This document shows positions 19,717 to 28,977 of a stretch of DNA of 63,826 nucleotides, piece by piece. The notes under the pieces were generated by a model, which saw only the letters and a program-made list of their open reading frames with translations, was not told where the DNA came from and did not search any database. Every line of letters begins with the position of its first letter. Positions within the stretch are counted from its first letter, which is position 1. The DNA is from an uncultured Clostridia bacterium (GTDB lineage Bacteria; Bacillota; Clostridia; Christensenellales; Borkfalkiaceae): the NCBI GenBank assembly GCA_947627515.1, contig CANQWI010000001.1, positions 1 through 63,826 on the forward strand, in the 5' to 3' direction. Both the position numbers and the translations under genes were made by a program.

Positions 19717-21588
19717 ATGAAAAAGAGGACCCTGATGCTTATTTCCGGTCTCGCTCTGAGCGCGTGCTTCTGCTTCACCGCTGCCTGCGGCGGCAACGGG
19801 AACGGCGGCAACACCTCGGGCGGCGGCAACGGTGGCGGTACCGGGAACGGCGGCAATCAAGGCGGCCACAACACTCCCATCACCGCGACCATCGACATGT
19901 ACACGGCCATCAACATCATCGAGCGGCAGGCTCTTGAGGCGACGGTGCAGGCGTATGAGGACTATCAGTTCGATCTCGGCAACAATATCGACGTCCAGCT
20001 CCACAACACCGACGACCCCGACAGCCTTCAGCGGACTCTGCGCAACCTCGTCTCGACGGGGGCGGTGAGAAATCCCACCATCGGCTCCGTCGCCACCCTT
20101 CCCGAATACCACGGGACGAACAAGCTCGTCGACCTCGACGGTTACCTCGACGAGGCAAATCCCTACAATCCCGACTACGACACATGGCGGGATTCCCTTG
20201 AGTCGGACGCCTACCGTCCCATCCGCGCGGGCGGCACCGTGACGACCCCCGGCGTCAGCTATTCCTCCAACTATGCCTGCATGTTCTACAACAAGAAGGC
20301 GATGAAGGAGGTCATGGCGGGCGACCCGCTCGTCGACGAGACGGGGACCATCGATACGGACAGCCCCGATTTTGATTGGGACTGGATGCTTGGTGCGCTC
20401 AAAAAGGCAAGCGAGCACTGGAAATACGCGCCCGATCCCTCAAATCCCAATGAGACCGTGAGCAATTTCCCGCTCGCCATCTCGAGAAACGAGAGCTCCT
20501 GCGGGCAGACCAACTTTAACCTCGTCACGACGATGGTCAACATGTATCTCGACCAGTACTTCCGCGACTTCACCGAGGAGGTGCACTCGCAGGACGGGGA
20601 CTACAGCTACATCAACAGCATCGACTCTGCCTGGCAGTACAACGCGGACGATCCGATGATCGACTATGAGGACAGATATTCCTACAATCTCAACCGCATC
20701 GTCGACGCCTACTTCAACCACAGCACCGAGTTCGGGCCCGAATCCGACCGCTACGGCGAGATGATGGAGAACCTCTACGATCTCATGCAGTATGCGAAAT
20801 CGACGGACGCCTACAATGACTGCTTCAACAACTTCAACCGCACGACGCTCCGCTACAGCAAGGGTAGCTACTACGGCAATGAGGACATGCGGCTCTTCTA
20901 TTTCGAAACGCTCGGCTACGTCAGGACCTTCCGCGACGCGCATAAATCGGACACGTCGAGCGGTACCGTCTATCCCTCTGCGCAGTGGATCGACGAAAAT
21001 CTCGGCTGGTTCCTTCTTCCCGCCATGCCCTCTGAATTAGAAGGCGTTGCGGATAACGTCCGTCCCGCGGGCGGCCCGCTCGAGAGCTACGGCGTCCTTT
21101 CCTCGGGCTCGACAGCGACCGACGAGATCGCCGTCGACTTCCTCCGCTGGCTCACCTCCCCGCTCGGACAGGAGCATGTCACGGCCGAATACATCGCACA
21201 GGACGCCCCTCAGATGATGCACCAGCTCGTCAAGGGCGTGGTCATCGACGAGAGAGTCGACTTCACGGCCGTCGCCGCCAAGGTAAAGGGAGACATCGGC
21301 TTCAGCCCCTACAATATCTTTGCAATGGGCAGCGGCATGTCCACCTGCAGAGTCACCGACGCGAGCGGCCAGCTCACCAACAACTACCTCCGTGACAGCG
21401 TGGGCAAGCTGCTTTCCGATTATCTCAAGGGCTCAAGCCGCGAATGGACGCTCGGAGGGCAGATGCTCGGATTCATCAAATCGGGTTTTGCAAGCTATGC
21501 GGACCAATATCAGCTCATCTACACCGACCCCGCCAAGGTCTCCGAGGTGACGGGCGGGCTCAAGAACAATCCGTTCAACGTGACCTGA
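19717..21588 (+). CDS. large extracellular solute-binding lipoprotein (sugar ABC transporter)
   Basis: AGGAGGA RBS. Lipobox LSACFCFTAACGG, followed by a G/N-rich linker. Its position directly after the two permeases supports the call. The track ORF start (19312) is rejected because it overlaps the permease. Confidence 0.75.
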   Translation: MKKRTLMLISGLALSACFCFTAACGGNGNGGNTSGGGNGGGTGNGGNQGGHNTPITATIDMYTAINIIERQALEATVQAYEDYQFDLGNNIDVQLHNTDDPDSLQRTLRNLVSTGAVRNPTIGSVATLPEYHGTNKLVDLDGYLDEANPYNPDYDTWRDSLESDAYRPIRAGGTVTTPGVSYSSNYACMFYNKKAMKEVMAGDPLVDETGTIDTDSPDFDWDWMLGALKKASEHWKYAPDPSNPNETVSNFPLAISRNESSCGQTNFNLVTTMVNMYLDQYFRDFTEEVHSQDGDYSYINSIDSAWQYNADDPMIDYEDRYSYNLNRIVDAYFNHSTEFGPESDRYGEMMENLYDLMQYAKSTDAYNDCFNNFNRTTLRYSKGSYYGNEDMRLFYFETLGYVRTFRDAHKSDTSSGTVYPSAQWIDENLGWFLLPAMPSELEGVADNVRPAGGPLESYGVLSSGSTATDEIAVDFLRWLTSPLGQEHVTAEYIAQDAPQMMHQLVKGVVIDERVDFTAVAAKVKGDIGFSPYNIFAMGSGMSTCRVTDASGQLTNNYLRDSVGKLLSDYLKGSSREWTLGGQMLGFIKSGFASYADQYQLIYTDPAKVSEVTGGLKNNPFNVT

Positions 21589-21598
21589 CGGAGGCTGC

Positions 21599-23467
21599 AT
21601 GAAAAAATTACTTTGTCTCGGCTTGAGTGCGCTCATGCTTGCGGCGGCCGTCGGCTGCGGCACAGGCTCGCAGGGCAGCGGCTCGCAGAACGGTGGAGGC
21701 GCGGCGGAGGAGCTTCAGATGAACGACCTCTCCTCGGGCTTTCTGCGCACCGCCGCAACGGACGATTACGGCCGCACCTTTTCCGCATCGGAGGGGTACA
21801 ACGACAGATATGTCGGGATCTTCTATTTCCTTTGGCTGAGTCAGGCAGACGTTGATAACACCGTTCAGAAATACATCGACGCGGGCAGGGGTGAGGAGAC
21901 GCTGACAAGTCAGGTGGGCTTCGGCAATCCCAAATTCACTTGGTGGGGTGAGCCCATGTACGGCTACTATCAGGTGGAGGATGAATGGGTGGTGCGCAAG
22001 CACGTGGAGCTCTTCATCAACGCGGGGCTCGACTTCATCTGCTTCGACACCACCAACAACGACCACTACTCCGCTGCCGCAAGGACGGTGCTCAATGTCC
22101 TTCTCGAGTACCAAAAGCTCGGCTACAGGGTCCCCAAGGCGATGTTCATGACAAATTCGGACTCCCCGGGGCGCATCAAGTCCATCTACAACGACTTCTA
22201 CCGCCGCGATACCTACGACAGCATTTGGTTCACGGGCGGTGGGGAAAAACCGTGGATCATCGGCCGGTCGCCCGCGACGGACGACACGATCATGGACCGC
22301 TTCTATTTCAAGCACTCCCAGTGGCCGAATGCCTCCATCAAGGAGGACGGCTTCCCGTGGATCTCATGGAAATGGCCGCAGGAGGAATACTACGACTTTG
22401 ACCATGATTTAAAGATCATGAGCGTCTCCGTCACCCAGCATGTGGGGGACGCGAGCGGAAGGGACTTCTCCCTCTCGGGCATCTGCTCCCCGTCCGTCCG
22501 CGGTACGCTCTCCTCCGACACGCTCGCAAGGCTCGGCGGCGAGGAACGGCTCGACTACTATTACAACAGCAACTGGGGCAGGGGATATTCGCACAAGACG
22601 GGCCGCAACGACGAGGCTCTCGCGCTCTCCAACATCAACTTCGAGGAGCAGTGGGAGAATGTCTACGAAAACGGCAACATCAACCTCGTGTTTGTGACGG
22701 GCTGGAACGAGTGGATCGCCCAGCGTCAGCCCGACGACCCCGTTTTGGGCGACCGCTACGGGCACTATATCGACACCTTCAACACCGAATTCTCCCGTGA
22801 CATCGAGATGATGGCGGGAGGGTATCTCGACAACTGCTTCCTTCAGCTCGTCAAAAACATCCGTGCTTACAAGACGCTGGGAGAGCCCGTGGCCTCCTTT
22901 GCGGACACCGCGCTGGACCTTACGAGACCGGAAAGCTGGCAGAGCATGCCCGCCTATGCGGACCTTGTCAGGGAGACGGAGCCCCGTGCGCACATGGGCG
23001 CGGGCGGCAACTTCTACACCAACACCACGGGCCGCAACGACATCCGCGAGGTGCGTGTCGCCACGACGGAAAAGGACATCTGCTTCCTCATCACGACAGA
23101 GAACGACATCACGGCACGAGAGGAGGGGGACACCCGCTTCATGAACCTTTGGCTGGGCGTCGAGGGGCAGACGGGCGGCTTCAACGGCCTGCAGTATGTC
23201 ATTAACCGCACGGTCGACGGCACTACCGCCTCCGTGGACAAAATTCAGGGCAGCTCCTTCACCCGCATCGGCGACGCGCAGGTGACTGTGCGCGGCAGAT
23301 ACATGTTTGTCACCGTACCAAAGAGCCTTGTCGGCGCAAGCGGAGGCTTTACCCTTCAGTTCAAGGTCACCGACAATCTGCAAAAGGACCTTGACATCAC
23401 CGACCTCTACACCAACGGCGACTGCGCTCCCATCGGCAGGATCAACTACAGCTACACCGCGAGGTGA
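21599..23467 (+). CDS. uncharacterised lipoprotein, putative glycan hydrolase (paralog 1)
   Basis: Lipobox LAAAVGCG. Motifs VGIFYFLW, YGYYQVEDEWVVRKHVELFINAGLDFICFDTTN and VTGWNEWIAQ recall GH99/WbsX-type TIM barrels. Clear paralog of 23474-25597. Confidence 0.55.
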   Translation: MKKLLCLGLSALMLAAAVGCGTGSQGSGSQNGGGAAEELQMNDLSSGFLRTAATDDYGRTFSASEGYNDRYVGIFYFLWLSQADVDNTVQKYIDAGRGEETLTSQVGFGNPKFTWWGEPMYGYYQVEDEWVVRKHVELFINAGLDFICFDTTNNDHYSAAARTVLNVLLEYQKLGYRVPKAMFMTNSDSPGRIKSIYNDFYRRDTYDSIWFTGGGEKPWIIGRSPATDDTIMDRFYFKHSQWPNASIKEDGFPWISWKWPQEEYYDFDHDLKIMSVSVTQHVGDASGRDFSLSGICSPSVRGTLSSDTLARLGGEERLDYYYNSNWGRGYSHKTGRNDEALALSNINFEEQWENVYENGNINLVFVTGWNEWIAQRQPDDPVLGDRYGHYIDTFNTEFSRDIEMMAGGYLDNCFLQLVKNIRAYKTLGEPVASFADTALDLTRPESWQSMPAYADLVRETEPRAHMGAGGNFYTNTTGRNDIREVRVATTEKDICFLITTENDITAREEGDTRFMNLWLGVEGQTGGFNGLQYVINRTVDGTTASVDKIQGSSFTRIGDAQVTVRGRYMFVTVPKSLVGASGGFTLQFKVTDNLQKDLDITDLYTNGDCAPIGRINYSYTAR

Positions 23468-23473
23468 GGGACT

Positions 23474-25597
23474 ATGCGATTGAAAAGAAAAATAGCGATC
23501 ATGATGAGCTCACTTATGCTGCTTACAGCCGCGGGCTGCAGCCTCGGCGGCACGGGCGGTACAGGCGGTACAGGCGGTTCGGGCGGTCATACGGGCGGCG
23601 GGAATACTCAGCCCCCGCAGGATCCCCCCGACGTCGTTTCGCCCGAGGAATATGTCTATGGCGACGAGCACGCCGATCCCTATGACGGCGATTACACCCG
23701 CTCGCTCCTCGCCCTCGGAGATCAGGCCTTTACCGTCTCCCAACTCAGCGGCCGCGACCTCTACATGCGGGACCGCACCCCCAATGCGGGCAACAGGGAG
23801 GGGAAATACGTCGGCATCTTCTATTTCCTTTGGCAAAAGGAGGGGAACGGCCTCTACGACATCTCCAAGCTTCTCGAGGAATACGGCACAGACAGCAAGG
23901 CGGGGCCCTTTTGGGCGGTCAAGGGGCAGGAGGCGTACGACAAGGACATCTCTCCCATGGGTGCCTTCCACTACTTTGAGGAGCCCCTCTACGGCTACTA
24001 TGCCTCCACCGACCCGTGGGTCATTCAAAAGCATCTTGAGCTTCTGACCTACGCGGGCATCGACTTTCTGTATCTCGACTACACCAACGCCAATTACGGC
24101 GACCCCGAGCCCGGGAACATCTACCCCGAGGCGACATATGCCCTTCTCGACTGCATCCTTGCGCTGCAGGCAAAGGGCATCGACTGCCCTAAGATCGTCC
24201 CCGTCGTCTGCAATCCCTACACGGGCGGGAAGGATCTCTCCCCCGACAGAAGGCGTGCGAGCGTCATCGAATGGGTGTATGAGAATTACTACGCAAAGGA
24301 TAATTTCAAATACAAGTCCTGCTGGTTTACCGCGGACAGGGAGCACAACCCCTCGGGCAAGCCGCTCCTCGTGAGCTACAAGGCAAACCGCGAGGAATTT
24401 GTCGACAAGGCCGCCTACGACGCCTTTTGGCACCGCAATGTCGTCTGGCCGACCAATCCGGAAAGCTTTGACGACGGCTTCCCGTGGATGGATTACAGCC
24501 TTCCGCAGAGAAATTACGGCGGGTTCATGAACGTCTCCGTCGCACAGCATCTCAATGGGTCATGGTCGTCCGAGGCGTTCGTCTCGGCACTCACCAACGG
24601 CACCTATCCCTACCGCGGACGGGGCGCGATCGGGGACGACCGCTACTCCTCGCAGAGTGCGGATCTCGAGGACGCCAACTACGGTCTCAACTTCAGCGAG
24701 CAGTGGCAGAACGCCCTCAACGCGACGGGGGACGCGGAGCCTTGGTGCATCAACGTGACGGGCTGGAACGAATGGACCGCCCAGAAGCTCGATCAGGGCT
24801 TGGGCCGCGCCGTGTTTGTGGACACCTTCTCCCGCGCCTTCTCCCGCGATACGGAGATGATGCGCGACAAGGGGGGATACTCCGACAACTATTACATGCT
24901 CCTCGCGGCCAATGCGGCAAAATTCAAGGCAAAGCTCTCACTGCGGAAATCAGACGCCGCGATGTGGCAAAAAAACACCCTCACGATCACAAATCTTACC
25001 GCATGGGAGGCGGTGAAGGCAAAGTACATCGCCCTCGGTGGCGACCTCTCCGTCCGCGACCATAACAGCGTCGGCAAGGTTTACCGCTACACCGACGACT
25101 CCGCCCGCAACGACATCGACTACCTCAAGCTTGCAAACGACGACGAGAACCTCTACATCCTTGTCAGTACCAAGGCGAGCATCACTCCGCATACAGAGGG
25201 GGACGAGGGCTGGATGAATGTGTACATTTCGACGGGCAAGCGCGGCTATCAGGGGTACAACTTTGTGATAAACCGCCGCCCCGACGGCAGCACGACCACG
25301 ATCGAGCTGCTCTCCGAGGACGAGGAGGGGCACATCGTCGCCACGGAGCTCAAGACGCGTGCGGAATATGCCGTGATGGATAACTTCATCGCCTATTCCA
25401 TCCCGCTCTCCGCGCTCGGCGTCACCTCGAGGGATGAGATCGGCGTCAAGGCGTGCGACAACATTTTCGGCGTGAAAAGGACAAAGGAAAACGACGGCGT
25501 CGGGGTGTACGGCTTCGGCGACATCGAGGCCTTCTACTGCGGCGGGGACTGCGCTCCCGTTGGCCGCCTCAACTATGCCTACCGTCTCGCCTATTGA
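23474..25597 (+). CDS. uncharacterised lipoprotein, putative glycan hydrolase (paralog 2)
   Basis: Lipobox LLTAAGCS plus a Gly-rich linker. Shares VGIFYFLW, YGYYASTDPWVIQKHLELLTYAGIDFLYLDYTN, VTGWNEWTAQ and the C-terminal GDCAPVGRLNYAY with paralog 1. Confidence 0.55.
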   Translation: MRLKRKIAIMMSSLMLLTAAGCSLGGTGGTGGTGGSGGHTGGGNTQPPQDPPDVVSPEEYVYGDEHADPYDGDYTRSLLALGDQAFTVSQLSGRDLYMRDRTPNAGNREGKYVGIFYFLWQKEGNGLYDISKLLEEYGTDSKAGPFWAVKGQEAYDKDISPMGAFHYFEEPLYGYYASTDPWVIQKHLELLTYAGIDFLYLDYTNANYGDPEPGNIYPEATYALLDCILALQAKGIDCPKIVPVVCNPYTGGKDLSPDRRRASVIEWVYENYYAKDNFKYKSCWFTADREHNPSGKPLLVSYKANREEFVDKAAYDAFWHRNVVWPTNPESFDDGFPWMDYSLPQRNYGGFMNVSVAQHLNGSWSSEAFVSALTNGTYPYRGRGAIGDDRYSSQSADLEDANYGLNFSEQWQNALNATGDAEPWCINVTGWNEWTAQKLDQGLGRAVFVDTFSRAFSRDTEMMRDKGGYSDNYYMLLAANAAKFKAKLSLRKSDAAMWQKNTLTITNLTAWEAVKAKYIALGGDLSVRDHNSVGKVYRYTDDSARNDIDYLKLANDDENLYILVSTKASITPHTEGDEGWMNVYISTGKRGYQGYNFVINRRPDGSTTTIELLSEDEEGHIVATELKTRAEYAVMDNFIAYSIPLSALGVTSRDEIGVKACDNIFGVKRTKENDGVGVYGFGDIEAFYCGGDCAPVGRLNYAYRLAY

Positions 25598-25639
25598 GCA
25601 CGGGGGATCATTCAAGAAAATCAAGGAGGAAATAACCTT

Positions 25640-28600
25640 ATGAAATTGACAAAGAAGTTCAGGTATGTATGCACATCGCTGCTTGCGGCATGCTGTCTCG
25701 GCGCCGCGGCGACGGGCTTTGCCGTCATGGGCGCGGTGCATGCGGACGCAGCCGCAGCGAACGGCTGGACGGGCGGCTCACGGGAGGGGGAGGTCACGGT
25801 CTGCACGGACGCGGTCTCTATCCGCAGTGAGGTCGACATCCTCAGCCTTCCCGGCAAAACGGGCATTTTCTACATGTACCAGTCGGACGGCAAGGAGTGG
25901 AGCGGCTTCTCTCTCCGCAACGGCAATGCAGGCGTAGGCTACTCATGGATCCTGATGGAGAATCAGGGCGGCGAGCAGGTCGCCTCGAGCAAGGAGACCT
26001 TCCCGTGGCACTCCCTGTGCTTTGACGGAACGAACAATCACATGATCCTTCAGGACAACCGCGAGTTCACGACGGGCGGCACCCTCGGCGGGCTCCACGG
26101 TACGGAGAAGGAGAACTTCCTCGACGGCATGATCCCCGTGGAGATCCACATCGGGGAGGGCACGGCAAAAAATGACCCTTCCTATGTGAAGATCGGCGGC
26201 GTCGAGCTCACGAACGAGGACAACGAAACAAATATCACCCAGCCGTGGACGAGAGGGGGCGGCACCTCGAAGGAGCTCGTCTCCACGATGTTCCCGCAGG
26301 GCTGCTATGTCGTGATCAACTACAACATCGGCAGCAATCCAACCCATGAGTTTGCCCTGTCCGACGTCGGCAGCATCACGTCCGCAAACGCGACGATGGA
26401 TAAGACGGCCACCTACCAGTACGGCGCATTCGGCAAGGACCTCAGCCTCGACATCTCCTCTCCCGAGGATGTATTCGACAGCGGGTATCAGGTCGTTGCA
26501 AAGGTCAACGGCAAGGCACTTCCCGCGGAGTCCGTCACCGTCGAGGTCAAGGACAATAAGTCTGCGACAGTCAGCATCCCCGAGGCGAAGCTGAACGCCA
26601 TTGCCAAGGAGGACCTCAAGGCCTCCACCTACTTCACCTTCCACGTTTCGAAGGGGGAGACGGAGTACGGCTATGCGGTCGTCTCCACGAACATCCGCTT
26701 CGAGGACGCACCTCAGTTTACCGAGCTCGATAAGACGCTCACCGAAAAGGCGTCCTTCAGCTACGAATTCACCTACAGCGGCAGCGAGGACCCGCTCAAC
26801 GGCATCGCGATCTCCTATGCGGTAGGGAAAACGGGCGGTACGCTCACCGCAGGGACGGATTTCACGGTCGCAAAGGTTGCCTCCGCAGACGACAAATACA
26901 CGATCACGATCACGCAATCGGGCGTCGACAAGATCTTCTTCAGCGGCCACACCACATCGACGGTCACCATCGCGCTGGGTCCCCACACCGTCCGCAGCTC
27001 CGTCTTTATCGACGGGCAGATCACAGAGGAGGGCATCCGCTTCCGTAGCGGGATCGACTATATCGACAACACTCTGCATATCGATGAATTCTACGCAAGC
27101 GCGACGATCAAAAAGCACAACCCCGAGACCCTCAGCTCCCGTATCTTCTACGAGAAGCCTGTCGACGTCTCCGAGCCCATCTTTATCGAATACGGCACGC
27201 TGGATCCCAGAGTGGACTGGCTGCTCATCTCGCTCATGTCCAGCCCCAAGATCTCCGAGACCTTCTCCAACGATACGGGCGTTGCGATGGGCAACATCGT
27301 CTCCTTCATCATGTTCGGCCTCGACAGACACAACATGATGGGCATGCAGGGCACCTTTGCAAACGGCTCCGCTGTTCCCGAATTTGAGCAGAACACCAAC
27401 ATGAAGAACAACGTCGTCGAGATCAAGCTCGGCGCGGAGAACGCTTCAGAGGGCTATATCAAGGTCAACGGCCAGCAGATCGACGCCGTTTTGACGAGAT
27501 CGCAGAAGGATTTCCCGAGCGGAAAGGCATACGTCGGCCTCTTCTTCAACAACACGACCGACTTCGACTTCACCTGCAACACCCATGTCAACGCCGTCGC
27601 GATCACCGCACCGCAGGCCGACAGCGCATATAAGATGGACCTCGGCAAGGCGCAGGACTTCACCCTCAGCATCGTCAACACGAGCGGCAAGCTCACCCTG
27701 ACCGATGAGAGCGGCAACGAGCTCCCCTCGACGCAGTTCGCCTATGACGGCAGCAAGGGCACCCTCACGATCAAGGCGGATTACTTCTCTGCCAAGACCT
27801 TCGTGAAGGATGGGCGCATCTTCATCTACGACAACGAGAGAAAGACGGGCACCGCCTTCAGAATGGCATACTCCAACAGCGACATGGGCAAGGGCAGCTT
27901 TGTCTTCGCGGCAAAAGGCGACCTCAAGGATGTGACCTTTGACCTCGGCGTCAGCTCCGTGACCGCCGTCATGCAGAACGGCGAGGCGATCTCTGCAGAC
28001 AGCTACACCTTCGCGGATGGCAAGCTCACCATTAAGGCCGCCGCGCTCAAGGATGAGGTAGGCTCCCAGCAGTTCCTCGTCAATGCGGGCGGGAAGCTGT
28101 ATCCCTGCTACGTGTATGTGGATGAATTTGTAAACGGCGTCGTGCTCGGCAGCGGCGCGACCGCGATCGAAAACGGCGTCTCCCTTGCAGGCAAGACCCG
28201 TTACTCCGAGGCCAAGGTGTACGACCTCACTGAGGGGCTGAAGCTCGGCTTCGATTTCAAGACGATCGACGGCTACTCCGAGAGAGGCACGAACGCCAAT
28301 GCGACCCGCTTCACCCTCAGGCTCTACGACCCTGCAAGCGGCAAGACGATCTTTGTCACCCTCTATCCGAACTATCCCGACGACAAGATCACGACCTCGA
28401 CGCAGGCACTGTATGTCTCCTACGGCCTTTTGAATGCGGAGGGCGGCAGGCTCCCCGGCGGCGACAACAGACCCGCCGCACCCGCCGACGGCAACAACAG
28501 CGCGTCGGGTCGGCACAACCTCGAGCTCAAATCGACCGCGGCAGGCGGGCTCACGCTCACCGTTGCGGGCCGTCCCTACAGCATCTCGCAGGATGTGCTC

Positions 28601-28909
28601 GACGACTTCAATCTGAGCGCGGCGATTTTGACCCTCACGACGGAGGATACCTCTCAAGGCTCGGTCGTTGAGCTCTGCTTCGGCGGCTACGGTGCCTCTG
28701 AAAATCCCGGCGAAAATCCCGGCACCACCCCCGGTGAGAACCCCGGCACGAATCCCGGCGAGAATCCCGGTACGAACCCCGGCGATACGGGTGAATCGAA
28801 CAGCGGCTGCGGCAGTGTGATCGGCGGCTACGGCTGGGCGATCGGCCTTCTCGTCCTTCTTCTCGGCGCAGGCATCGTTCTTATCGTCTCCAAAAAGAGA
28901 GAGAAATGA
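25640..28909 (+). CDS. surface protein with lectin-like and X2/Ig-like modules, an ENPG-repeat linker and a GCGSVIGG-TM-basic C-terminus
   Basis: AAGGAGG RBS and a signal peptide. X2-like segments (for example GKLTLTDESGNELPSTQFAYDGSKGTLTIKADYF). Tail: ENPGENPGTTPGENPGTNPGENPGTNPGD..SGCGSVIGGYGWAIGLLVLLLGAGIVLIVSKKREK. Confidence 0.7.
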   Translation: MKLTKKFRYVCTSLLAACCLGAAATGFAVMGAVHADAAAANGWTGGSREGEVTVCTDAVSIRSEVDILSLPGKTGIFYMYQSDGKEWSGFSLRNGNAGVGYSWILMENQGGEQVASSKETFPWHSLCFDGTNNHMILQDNREFTTGGTLGGLHGTEKENFLDGMIPVEIHIGEGTAKNDPSYVKIGGVELTNEDNETNITQPWTRGGGTSKELVSTMFPQGCYVVINYNIGSNPTHEFALSDVGSITSANATMDKTATYQYGAFGKDLSLDISSPEDVFDSGYQVVAKVNGKALPAESVTVEVKDNKSATVSIPEAKLNAIAKEDLKASTYFTFHVSKGETEYGYAVVSTNIRFEDAPQFTELDKTLTEKASFSYEFTYSGSEDPLNGIAISYAVGKTGGTLTAGTDFTVAKVASADDKYTITITQSGVDKIFFSGHTTSTVTIALGPHTVRSSVFIDGQITEEGIRFRSGIDYIDNTLHIDEFYASATIKKHNPETLSSRIFYEKPVDVSEPIFIEYGTLDPRVDWLLISLMSSPKISETFSNDTGVAMGNIVSFIMFGLDRHNMMGMQGTFANGSAVPEFEQNTNMKNNVVEIKLGAENASEGYIKVNGQQIDAVLTRSQKDFPSGKAYVGLFFNNTTDFDFTCNTHVNAVAITAPQADSAYKMDLGKAQDFTLSIVNTSGKLTLTDESGNELPSTQFAYDGSKGTLTIKADYFSAKTFVKDGRIFIYDNERKTGTAFRMAYSNSDMGKGSFVFAAKGDLKDVTFDLGVSSVTAVMQNGEAISADSYTFADGKLTIKAAALKDEVGSQQFLVNAGGKLYPCYVYVDEFVNGVVLGSGATAIENGVSLAGKTRYSEAKVYDLTEGLKLGFDFKTIDGYSERGTNANATRFTLRLYDPASGKTIFVTLYPNYPDDKITTSTQALYVSYGLLNAEGGRLPGGDNRPAAPADGNNSASGRHNLELKSTAAGGLTLTVAGRPYSISQDVLDDFNLSAAILTLTTEDTSQGSVVELCFGGYGASENPGENPGTTPGENPGTNPGENPGTNPGDTGESNSGCGSVIGGYGWAIGLLVLLLGAGIVLIVSKKREK

Positions 28910-28928
28910 TCTGATATCCGTAAGGCAG

Positions 28929-28956
28929 GCAGGATCCGTTCGGCGGGTCCTGCTTT
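28929..28956 (+). terminator. weak terminator-like hairpin
   Basis: gcaggatcc..gggtcctgc (one mismatch) followed by ttt. Possibly a partial terminator inside the locus. Confidence 0.35.
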
Positions 28957-28977
28957 GCCCCACGGTCGGAGGAAAGC

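Noticed and set aside
28706-28790. Nucleotide tandem repeat (aatcccggc / aaccccggc units) considered as a non-coding repeat
   Set aside because: It is in frame within the 1089-aa gene and encodes the ENPG/TNPG linker preceding the C-terminal tail.
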